A stretch of 63,891 bases of DNA, the filler included, from Octopus bimaculoides (lineage: Eukaryota), in assembly GCF_001194135.2 (NCBI RefSeq). It is 8 parts of 6 records of this genome, joined end to end, with 100 filler letters (N's around TTAATTAATTAA, not from the genome) between each part and the next. Parts side by side here need not be neighbours in the genome. Positions count along the whole stretch, not along the records: positions 42,612 to 52,543 come from NC_068989.1; positions 52,644 to 56,254 come from NW_026336952.1; positions 56,355 to 60,878 come from NC_068983.1; 5 more parts are not named here. One strand, written 5' to 3'. The notes under the pieces were generated by a model. The model was not told the DNA's origin and ran no database searches. It worked only from the letters and a program-made list of their open reading frames with translations. This document shows, one piece after another, positions 46,820 to 58,270 of this stretch (position 1 is its first letter; every line of letters begins with the position of its first letter). The position numbers were made by a program, and so were the translations under genes.

Positions 46820-47632
46820 AATTGAAGACCATCATCGTGTGGTCTAGTTGGCTGCGTGGGTAATAAACAAAGCAACCCACGAATTAATACGTTAACTATT
46901 AACGTATTCATTGTTGGGCCTGATTTACTGCATTGGCTGTTTACAAATAAAAGATGCTGATAATTTAACCGCCGGCAGGGAGGAGAGAACCGCAATGTGT
47001 CTTGTAAAAGGTTAGCTGTAGTCTATTCGAGTCCTCGTGGTGGTCGAGTCTGAGAGGTCTGCCTTCTGTGGTCTACCTGAATGCCCGAGACAGTCTGCAT
47101 CAGCGGTCTGCCAAGACCGTCTGGTTGCTTTAGGTGCCAAACGGTTTCTAAAAGGGGTGACTTTTAGATCATCCGAGGAGCCATATTACGCCGCACTTTC
47201 GTACAGATTGGTCGATTTGTAGATCAATCACAAGAAACTGAGGTGGCTCATCCGTAATCCCTTGCACCTGGGGTTCGAATTCCTACAAAAACGTGGGTAA
47301 AGATTTCTTCGTTGGCTAGTAGCTGTGCTGTTAAGACGGTGGTGTTACAGTGGTCTGGAGTGGTGACGATGTATGATCTCCTGTCGTTGTTAGTGTTGTA
47401 GTATCAACGTGGTATTTGTTCTTGGGTGTTGGTGTTGAGGCTGCGATGTTGCAGTGGTGTTGGGGATACATTTTGGAGTGTTGTAGACGCGGTTGTTGAA
47501 CTGAGTGGGAGAGATAATGTTAAGATGGTGTTATAGTGTTGTGGTGTGTTATAGATGTGTCTGGACAGAATGAGAGAGATAGTGTTATTAGGATGGTGCG
47601 GTAGATATGAATGGCTGACTGAGAGAAAAGTT

Positions 47633-47846
47633 GGTTTCAAATTTTAGCACAAGACCATCAATTTCGAGGATGCGTGTAAGTCGGTTACATCGATCCCAGT
47701 GATCAACTGGTACTTATTTTATCGACACCAAAAGGATGAAAAGAAAAAATCGGTCCTAGCGGTATTTGAACTCACAACATGAAGTCAGAAGAATTGCTAC
47801 TAAGCATTTTTCCGGCGCGATAACGATTCTGCCAGTTGACCTCCTT
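47633..47846 (-). mobile_element. SINE family C (alternative tail type)
   Basis: ATTGGTTTCAAATTTT-type tail, body and head recognisable. Confidence 0.8.
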
Positions 47847-47883
47847 GAATGAGAGAAACATTAGTATTAGGATGTGACGAAGT

Positions 47884-48437
47884 GGAGGCGCAATGGCCCA
47901 GTGGTTAGGGCAGCGAACTCGCGGTCATAGGATCGCGGTTTCGATTCCCAGACCGGGCGTTGTGAGTGTTTATTGAGCGAAAACACCTAAAGCTCCACGA
48001 GGCTCCGGCAGGGGATGGTGGCGAACCCTGCTGTACTTTTTCACCACAGCTTTCTCTCACTCTTTCTTCCTGTTTCTGTTGTGCCTGTAATTCAAAGTGT
48101 CAGCCTTGTCACACTTTGTGTCACGTTGAATATCCCNNNNNNNNNNAACACCTAAAGCTCCACGAGGCTCCGGCAGGGGATGGTGGCGAACCCTGCTGTA
48201 CTTTTTCACCACAGCTTTCTCTCACTCTTTCTTCCTGTTTCTGTTGTGCCTGTAATTCAAAGTGTCAGCCTTGTCACACTTTGTGTCACGTTGAATATCC
48301 CCGAGAACTACGTTAAGGGTACACGTGTCTGTGGTGTGCTCAGCCACTTGCACGTTAATTTCACGAGCAGGCTGTTCTGTTGATCGGATCAGCTGGAACC
48401 CTCGGCGACGTAAGCGACGGAGTGCCAACAACAAAAC
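47884..48437 (+). mobile_element. SINE family B with 15-bp TSD (internal 155-bp duplication is probably an assembly artefact)
   Basis: TSD AGGATGTG(A/T)CGAAGT at 47869-47883 and 48438-48452. 47982-48136 is repeated at 48147-48301 across a 10-N gap. Confidence 0.9.
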
Positions 48438-48786
48438 AGGATGTGTCGAAGTAATATTCAGGCTGGACTATGTCCTAAGGATAACATTTTAAAACTGTGA
48501 TGCAGTTGTGCGTTGGGTAGCCACAGATATGTGACGATGGAGAGGAAGAGATGGGATCATTTTTAGGCCTAGTTATTCAGTCGGTCTCTTTTGCTGAACC
48601 GCTAATTTACGGGGACATAAACACACCAAAACCGGCTGTCAAGGGGTGATGGGGGAGGGGGACAAACAGTCACAAACACACACACATGTATACACATACA
48701 TCAGTCACATGAACACAAGCACACTCGCACACAGATACTACCACACACACACGCATACACACAACACACAAACACCATTTTCGCAC

Positions 48787-49283
48787 TTTTCACTCTTGTT
48801 TCAGTCATTTGAGTGTGGCCATGCTGGCTCGAGGCTATAGTAGGAGACATTTGCCCAAGATGCCACGCAGTGGGACTGAACCCGGAACCATGTGGTTCGT
48901 AAGCAAGCTACTTGCCTATACAACAACAATATATAACGCCTTTAGTCGAGCAAATCGAGCAAATCGACTATTTCTTCGTAAGCCTAGTACTTATTCTATC
49001 TGTCACTTTTGCCGAACCGCTAAGTTCGGGGACATATACACACACCAGCATCGATTGTCAAGCAATGCTAGGGGGACAAACACAGACACACAAAGATACA
49101 CGCACACACATATATATATACGACGGGCTTCTTTCAGTTTCCGTCTACCAAATCCACTCACAAGGCTTTGGTCGGCCCGAGGCTATAGTAGAAGACACTT
49201 GCCCAAGATGCCACGCAGTGGTACTGAACCCGGAACCATGTGGCTGGTAAGCAAGCTACTTACCACAAAGCCACTCCTGCGCC
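48787..49283 (-). mobile_element. Full-length SINE family A with an extra copy of its own head inserted in the tail
   Basis: 48829-48912 matches 49177-49262. The tail is interrupted between GCCATGCTGG and CGCCTTTAGTCGAGC. Confidence 0.8.
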
Positions 49284-49290
49284 TATAAGT

Positions 49291-49652
49291 TGTTGTTAGC
49301 ACTCCGTCGCTTACGATGTCGAGGAACGGCCTGCTCGTGAAATTAACGTGCAAGTGGCTGAGCACACCACAGACACGTGTACCCTTAACGTAGTTCTCGG
49401 GAATATTCAGCGTGACACAGTGTGACAAGCCTAACCCTTTGAATTACAGGTACAACAGAAACAGGAAGAAAGAGCGAGAGAAAGTTGTGGTGAAAGAGTA
49501 CAGCAGGGTTCGCCACCATCCCCTGCCGGAGCCTCGTGGAGCTTTAGGTGTTTTCGCTCAATAAACACTCACAACGCCCGTTCTGGGAATCGAAACTGCG
49601 ATCCTATGGCCGCGAGTTCGCTGCCATAACCACTGGGCCATTGCGCCTCCAC
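49291..49652 (-). mobile_element. SINE family B with 9-bp TSD and deleted 3' hairpin
   Basis: TSD CCTATAAGT at 49282-49290 and 49654-49662. It lacks about 20 bp of the GTTCC...GGAAC hairpin near 49323. Confidence 0.9.
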
Positions 49653-51291
49653 ACCTATAAGTATACAAATGAATTAAGTATCAGGCTCTTACTTAATCTA
49701 GAGACGGTAATAAAACGTGTAAATAAACATAAATGATAATATACTATTATATTGGTAATAAATAACAACTCTTCTCTTTTATTTAAATAAAAATTGTTTA
49801 GAGTAACTAACAAAAAATATGTTCTTTATTTACGTAGTTTATCGGAGGGAGAATTCCGTAAAAAATAAGAACAAAAACTTAGAGCTACAACTACAACGTA
49901 TAGTACCCCATAAATATAGAGTTAAGCTATAATAATGGATATCAAAATATTACTAGTTTTTCAGAAGTAGCCAAATTTGAAGTTACTTAAATGAGGTTTA
50001 TTATTTTTGGAGGTTTTTTAAATAATTTTTTATGTTATCTTATATTATATTCATAGTATATTATGTTATATTATAAATAAATTATTAGATTGTCAATTGA
50101 ATTTATCTATTTAATTTATTGTTTATATNNNNNNNNNNNNNNNNNNNNNNNNNNNNNNNNNNNNNNNNNNNNNNNNNNNNNNNNNNNNNNNNNNNNNNNN
50201 NNNNNNNNNNNNNNNNNNNNNNNNNNNNNNNNNNNNNNNNNNNNNNNNNNNNNNNNNNNNNNNNNNNNNNNNNNNNNNNNNNNNNNNNNNNNNNNNNNNN
50301 NNNNNNNNNNNNNNNNNNNNNNNNNNNNNNNNNNNNNNNNNNNNNNNNNNNNNNNNNNNNNNNNNNNNNNNNNNNNNNNNNNNNNNNNNNNNNNNNNNNN
50401 NNNNNNNNNNNNNNNNNNNNNNNNNNNNNNNNNNNNNNNNNNNNNNNNNNNNNNNNNNNNNNNNNNNNNNNNNNNNNNNNNNNNNNNNNNNNNNNNNNNN
50501 NNNNNNNNNNNNNNNNNNNNNNNNNNNNNNNNNNNNNNNNNNNAACTCTAAACCCTAAACAGAAATAACTGTTTTGAACGTTGTAAACATGGAGGACGTT
50601 TACTCGTTTAACCCCTAAATAACTCCTCGACAGTCAATGAATCTCTCGCCAGCTGTAATTATATTTACCATCCACCCTACTACGCAGCACCAAGCACCCG
50701 GTTCACCGTACTTTAAAAACACACAAGGACGTTTCTCATCAAAACACTTACATTGCGAACGCCATTTTCTCTACTCATGGCATCAAAAATTAATAACCAC
50801 TTCACAAACACACAAAGTACATACAAAAGATTCCCACCCCGACAATTCATCTCTCGCCACCCTTAATTACTTGTCTTCTCCCTCATCAATCCACCAAGAT
50901 TAATCAGTTGACTCGAGATACATGTTTTGTACCCGTGGTTTTGTTAACTGAAGCACTCAACTTGAGGGGTCATACCCGATAATTCATCTCTCGACACCAT
51001 GAAATGTGTTATTAAGCTTCATATCTGCCACACTGTACTAAATTGCAAAGCCAGTATTTCAACTGAGTGTGTACAACTGTATATGTTTACCTGCCTGTAT
51101 CTATATGCGGAAGTGTATTTGTTAATAGATGTGTGTGTGTGTGTGTGTGTCACACGTATTTCTTGTACAATTTCATTTTCTTCCCTCATTCTTAGATTCT
51201 TTGTTTCATTTTCTCTTGAATTCTCTCTGCCTTTTCTTTGCTTTCGTTCGCTTTTTCCTCGGCTTAGTTATGAAATGTAGCCTCATCTACC

Positions 51292-51322
<31 letters not shown>

Positions 51323-51324
<2 letters not shown>

Positions 51325-51447
51325 ATTAAACCTTGGGAGAGGCATTATGCCGGTAATAAACACACGCACTAGTTCAGTCCTTTATTAATTTATATAGTTT
51401 TTTGTTAAATTATTTCATTGCATAATGCCTCTCCCAAGGTTTAATTG
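51323..51447. mobile_element. Tc1/mariner-type MITE (125 bp) with perfect TIRs
   Basis: TACAATTAAACCTTGGGAGAGGCATTATGC (51321-51350) is the exact reverse complement of 51420-51449, TA TSD included. Confidence 0.9.
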
Positions 51448-51527
51448 TATTTCTTTCAACACACGTATCCACATCAAGAATCTTGCACACGAAATACACA
51501 TACGAAATATATATATATATATATATA

Positions 51528-51915
51528 ATATTGGTTTCAAATTTTGGCACAAGGCCAGCAATTTCGGGGGAGGGGGTAAGTCGATAACATTGATCTCACT
51601 GCTCAACTGGTACTTATTTTATCGACCCCCGAAAGGATAAAAGCTAAGTCGACCTCAGCGGTATTTGAACTCTAAACATAAAGACCAAATGAAATGCCGC
51701 TAAGCATTTTACTCTGCGCGCTAACGATTCTGCCAGCTCGCCGCCTTTGTAATATAGTACTATATTATATTATTGTTCAAATGCCGTCAGGGTCGACTTT
51801 GACTTTCATCTTATTGGGGTCGATGAAATAAAGAACCAGTTGAATGCTGGGATCGAACTAATAGTCTAGCCTCTCCCCACAAAATTTCAAGCTTTGTGCG
51901 TACAGTAGAACGATT
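51528..51915. mobile_element. Two SINE C copies in divergent orientation (51528-51747 minus; 51772-51915 plus, headless)
   Basis: The shared body GGTCGACTT..GACTTTCATC..GGGGTCGAT occurs in opposite orientations. Confidence 0.8.
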
Positions 51916-51968
51916 TAAATTACATTATATTATGTTATATTATATTACATTATATTATATTATGCTGT

Positions 51969-52324
51969 GAAGGCACAATGGCCCAGTGGTTAGGGCAGTG
52001 GACTCGCGGCCGTGCGATCACGGTTTTGATTCTCAGACCGGGCGTTGTGAGTGTTTATTGAGCTAAAGCTCCGCGAAGTTCTGGCAGTGAGTGGTGGCGA
52101 ACCCTGTTGTACTATTTCACCACAACTTTCTCTCACTCTTTCTTCCTGTATTTAAAAGGGGCCAGCCTTGTCACACACTATGTCACGCTGAATCTTCCCG
52201 AGAACTACGTTAAGGGTACACGTGTGTGTGGAGTGCTCAGCCACTTACACATTAATTTCACGAGCAGGCTGTTCCGTTGATCGGATCAACTGGAACCCTC
52301 GTCGTCGTAACCGACGGAGTGCCA
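51969..52324 (+). mobile_element. SINE family B (diverged)
   Basis: Head, body and GACGGAGTGCC end present. No TSD seen. Confidence 0.88.
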
Positions 52325-52836
52325 CGATCGTATTACATATATCGGCGAGTTGAGAGAGTCTTGAGTAGATCATGGCCTCGTACATTCATGATAGGTTTTG
52401 GGTTTTTTCTGTCCCGCCATGGCATGCGAAGTTGTTGATAATTTGTATTACGGAAAAGTTACGTCGTTAGAACTTTCAACACCTCTCATTGTATTCATTG
52501 CGAAATACTGAGAGAAGGTGGAAGATCACATAATGTTTATATANNNNNNNNNNNNNNNNNNNNNNNNNNNNNNNNNNNNNNNNNNNNTTAATTAATTAAN
52601 NNNNNNNNNNNNNNNNNNNNNNNNNNNNNNNNNNNNNNNNNNNACTAATGATTATGTGGTATATTCCATAATATACTCATATAGATAATACTATGCACAC
52701 TTAACCTCGCGTTTACTCGTGAACACACATATCTTGCTTTCTGCCTTTCTTACTGTCACTGAGAGTCGGTTTATCTGTCAATCCATCCACAAACACGTTT
52801 ATTCATATGTACATATTACGTGAAGATACATGTATG

Positions 52837-52891
<55 letters not shown>

Positions 52892-54044
52892 TCTCAAATG
52901 AACACACGGGTGTTAGTGACATAAAGAAAATCAAGTGAAAGAACAGATATTTCTTTCATTAGTTTACAGTTGTTTCATCATCACCCATGATAGTTACATA
53001 ACTGACGTTACGTCATCTGTCTAACATACCATTTGAATATTCTGTAATGTTCTTGGAAGTGGAAAGGTCGGGAATCACTGTGCTAGTGGTTGTCTCCTAA
53101 CCGCTGCATGAAAACCAGTGTCGGCTTGTTTAAGTTACCGTAACTTAGTGGTTCGGTAAAATGAAACCGGTAATATAAGTTCTAGGCTTAGAAAATAAGT
53201 AAGTACTGGGAGAGATTTCTTTGGACAAACTCTTTAAGACTGTGCCCCTGCATGGCCGCAATCCGATAATTGAAACAAAAGGTAAAGTACGAATGGATAT
53301 TTACACTTATATACACAGAGACACACACACTGGAAGTTTATTATTTAAGAATACATGATCTTGTCTAGATATGCAAGTTTATGCATGAGAAGACATGCAT
53401 AAAACAAAACCTACAAACCTGCATGTGTACACACATACATACATACATGCATGCATATGAAAATATCGTTGTTGATGTTGAAATTTCAATAAAGGAACCT
53501 TAGATCTAGGTTTGAAACCGGCTCTTTCTCTATTGGCAAGAATCTTTAAAAAAACAACTAAATAGTGACATTCATACATACATACATGTATTAAAGAGAG
53601 TGGCTAGCATTCACGTTACGGATAAAATCTGTAAGTGGAACAGTAAAAACTATGCGAAACTTTTCTGAAGATCCCTACACATAGGAATAATTCTAGATAA
53701 AATGTGAAGGCGCACACATGCACGCGCACACACATATTTACGTACACACATGTACGCGCGCACACACACACACATATTTATATGTATTGGTGTGGTTATC
53801 AATTTCAGCTTTGATCATACGAGCGAGATTCCGCCTAGTGTAAGACATATTATGTATTGCGACTTGAATAACGCTGCGCTGGTAAGTAGAATGTTCTTCT
53901 CTTATTTAATGCAGCTGAAATAAACCATTTACTGACTAAGGCTGCAGGAGTTGGCAGCCCAAAGCAGTAAAAAGCGTTCAAAAGTGCATGTCTGATGTTG
54001 TCGGCGCCTTGTGGTAGTATGTTTGCTTGTGAATATATGGATAT

Positions 54045-54330
54045 GTGCGAAGGTGCATGACCTAGTAGTGATTAGAGTGGTTGCGCTTGCGATCTTGAGA
54101 CCGTGGTTTCGATTCCCGGACCGACTGGCACGTTCATTTCTTGAGCAAAACACTTTACGTTACGTTGCTCCAGTTCACTTAGCTGGAAATGTATAACCCT
54201 GCGACGGACTGGCCTTCCGATCAGGGGGAATGTTGGCCTGCTCGTCTAGCTAGTGGAGTGGCATTAATCAAAAGCTAATACGATGCAAAGGGCATTGTGA
54301 CAAGCGATGTATAAAAACATCAGATACTCT
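54045..54330 (+). mobile_element. SINE family D (diverged)
   Basis: GTGGTTTCGATTCCCGG...TTGAGCAAAACACTTTACG...AACCCTGCGACGGACTGGCC. Confidence 0.65.
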
Positions 54331-55440
54331 GATCGATCTACATAATATACATACTGTGTCAATCTGCGTGATATACATATGTATGAGTGTGTGTGGGTGT
54401 GTGTTATGTGTGTGTGTATACATACGTGCATATATATATATGTATGTCTATATTTCGGTCACTACTACTGCTGCTGCTGCTGCTTGTGCTACTTCCACCC
54501 GTACCACTACAACCAATTAACTACTGCTACTGACACAGACAGAGGTCACTGCCATTTACCATTACCAACAGGGACACTACTACTACTACAACCAACGAAA
54601 AATGCCCCCACGTGGACTATTGACACCAGTTAGGAACAATTATGAACTCTTCCTTTAATTTCATTTTTTTAAACATGTATTTTTCATAAGGTTCGTTTTT
54701 ACAAGAACCGAAACATGTTAAATTAAAATTCATTTTTTACATATTGGCGTTTTCAAACTTTTTTTATAAATATACATANNNNNNNNNNNNNNNNNNNNNN
54801 NNNNNNNNNNNNNNNNNTATATATATATATATATATATATATTCTGTGGCCTACAATAACATTAAAGGTTGTGGGATAAAACGTAACGTTAATATTCCCA
54901 GACGATAAGTTCATGAAAAATTATCCCAGATTTCGTCTCAGTAGATGTTTATGACCTTGTTTAAATAGTATCACGGCTTTCACCGGATGAAGCAAGGACA
55001 TCATCAATTTTCCGACGACATTATAAATTCTTCGTTCACTGACACTCTGCCCCCACTTCTATGAGTAATTTAATTTTCAGCCATTTTTCTCGCAAACTTC
55101 TGTAAGGAGGGTCCCATATTTGTTTCATTGAATGAAAATCTTGACATTGTGGAACCGAATTCGGGGATCGAATTTCATGATTTTTTTCCCAAGTTTCTCA
55201 TAACTTACTTATAGACCATGGGATCCCCAACTTATAAAAGTTTGGATTTCATATTTTTTCCATTAGAATAAATGGGTAATAGCGCATTTTTCCAAATTTT
55301 ATCAGTAATATCTGATTTTAAATTATGAGTACTGATCGTAATTTTGGTAGGTGTTTATAATCGGAGTAACACCTACCAAAAACTACTCCTTCTCTTATAT
55401 GCGTTCTTTGCCAGCAATAATGCTCACAAGTTTTTTTATT

Positions 55441-55613
<173 letters not shown>

Positions 55614-56130
55614 TGAAGCGAGCTGGCAGAATCGTTAGCAGGCAGGAACAAATGATTAGCGGCAGTTCTGAATTTCTGTTCTGAGTTCAAGTTCTGTCGA
55701 GGTCAACCCTGATTTACGGGAATTGTAAATAGAGAACAAGTTAAAAACTCGGTGGATATGTTCGATGAGTCCACTTAGCCAAATTTCCAGGCCTTTTACA
55801 TTTAGCAAAAGGGGTTGTTATTATTATAACAACGAAGAGGGCTGCGAGCAGGCAAAATCGCCGCTAGCATGCCGAGGTTGAATTTCGGGGTCGATTAAAT
55901 AAGTACCAGTTACGCACTGAAGTCAATGTAATCGACTTAATCCCCTTGTCTATCGTTATGTGTCCCCTCTACGTTTAGCCCCCTGTGGACAATAATGAAA
56001 TAAAAATTATAACAATGAAGCGGCGGGACGGCAGAATTGCTTAGGGGCATTTATTCTTTTCGTTTTATTTTACTGAGTTTAAATTTCGCCGAGGACGAAC
56101 TTACCTTTCATTATTTCAGTGTCGATAAAA
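55614..56130 (+). mobile_element. Three degraded SINE C copies
   Basis: Units at ~55614-55815, ~55835-56010 (distinct tail) and ~56018-56130. Confidence 0.7.
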
Positions 56131-57034
56131 TGGTTTATCTATCTAATTATCTATATCTTGGCAGACTCACACATACGAACACATACATATATAGACATAG
56201 ATATGCATTACTTTATATACATACGTTTAATATATGTATATATGTATATATGTANNNNNNNNNNNNNNNNNNNNNNNNNNNNNNNNNNNNNNNNNNNNTT
56301 AATTAATTAANNNNNNNNNNNNNNNNNNNNNNNNNNNNNNNNNNNNNNNNNNNNATATGATTTTGCACCAAGGCTCTGAAGAGGCTTGTATACATAGATG
56401 GGAATGTTTTAATGAATTCACTCGTGTACATGAGTGAAAACGACTGCTGGCTTTATATGTGTTTTTTAGAAATTTATTATGTTATGTGATATGTTATATT
56501 GTATTTTTTTATAATATATTATATTACAATGTAAATAAATTTTTAGTTTGACATTTGTATTTCTGTATTTCATTTAATATTTGTATATAAATATTAAGCC
56601 TACTTTATATATACATACATTGCATAACTATATACATACGTACATATGTACACGTGCAAACACACACGCGCACACACTCACACGCACACACGCGCACACA
56701 CATACATTAACACCATCGATATAGTAACACAACTTGGGTTTTCCTTGCCCTTAATGAGTCGAATCGATTACATACATTCAGCTCATGTTTCCGCACTAAA
56801 GATAACTTCCTTTTACCTCCCGTCAGTTCCGAAAGCCCCGAAAAAAAAGTATAGTGCCTATTCCAACGGTCACTTTTACGGGAATGTAAACAAACAAACA
56901 CCGGTCGTCAAGCGATGGTAGTGGGGCGAACAAACATAAACACAAAGACATACGCTTGCATATACATGAAGATGGCTGTCAACTTGCGACCGAGGAAGCC
57001 CCTCACTGATCAAATATCAGTCTTTCCTGTTCTT

Positions 57035-57246
57035 TTCTACTCTTGGTACAAGGCCCGAAATTTTGGGAGAAGGGGCCAGTCGATTAAATCGACCCCAGTG
57101 CGTAACTGGTACTTAATTTATCGACCTGGAAAGGATGAAAGGCAAAGTCGACCTCGGCGGAATTTGAACTCAGAATGTAAAGACAGACGAAATACCGCTA
57201 AGCATTTCGCCCGGCGTGCTAACGTTTCTGCCTATTCGCCGCCTTG
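57035..57246 (-). mobile_element. SINE family C, near consensus
   Basis: Reverse complement of the 26609-26811 type. Confidence 0.9.
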
Positions 57247-58065
57247 GCAGTCTTTCCTGTTCTGAGTAAACGATAAAGAAAACCTGAATTCCGTAACTTC
57301 GTGGTTCAGTTACATGCCTACGATAAAATAAGTCTGGACTTAAAATAAATACTGGAGAGGCTGATCGACCAAACATTTGGAGGCGGTTTCCCAACATAGC
57401 GGTTCACCAATATGGCGGTTCACCAATGACTGCCACCCGTAAAAGTGTAACAAGAAAAGTATAACCGTTCCGTAGATGTTGTATGGTTAAGATCTCCTCG
57501 TAATAATGTGGTTCCGGATTCATTCCAACAGTGCGCCATATTGGACGCGTACCTTTTCCTACAAGGTGTCATCAGTTACTTGTGTGTAGATTTTGGTTGA
57601 GGGAAAACTATCCAGAAATGTATGTATAATATATAATATAATATAATATAATAATATATATTATATATATATATATGAATATATAAATAAATACACACAC
57701 ACATATGCATGTATCTACACATATACATATATCTTTTATCTTTGTATTTGCGTTAGTCATTAAACTGCGGCCATACTGGAGCACGGCACTGATGGGGTTA
57801 GTTGAACAAAATGTACTCCAGTGTATACTCTTTAAAGTCTGGGGCTTATTCGAAGATCACTTTTACCGAACAGTTAGTTTACGGGAGTGTAAACAAAGAC
57901 CTGTTGTCAAGCGTTGGTAGTATGGGGAACAAATACAAATACATGTATATACATGATGATGGCTGTCCTCTCGTGGCCGAAAAAGGCCATCACTGATCAA
58001 ATATCAGCGATGCTTGTGCATAATGTTATTGCAGCCGCGAGTGACATACATAGATGCATACATAA

Positions 58066-58270
58066 TCCTTTCTATTATAGGCATCGAGCCTGATTTTTGA
58101 GGGAATGGGTAAATCAATTACATCGACTCCATTTCCTAGCTGGTACTTATTTCCTCAACCCCAAAATCATGAAAGTCAAAATCGACTTCGGTGAATTTGA
58201 ACTCAGAATGTAAAAACGGACGAAATACCGTTAATTTCTTTTTGTCCGTCGTCTTGACGATATCGGCAAT
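58066..58270 (-). mobile_element. SINE family C (diverged)
   Basis: Body and tail recognisable. Confidence 0.75.

Noticed and set aside
47240-47275. Resemblance of GGTGGCTCATCCGTAATCCC to the Alu/7SL 5' end (human contamination)
   Set aside because: The similarity covers only about 20 bp with mismatches and does not extend into Alu body sequence.
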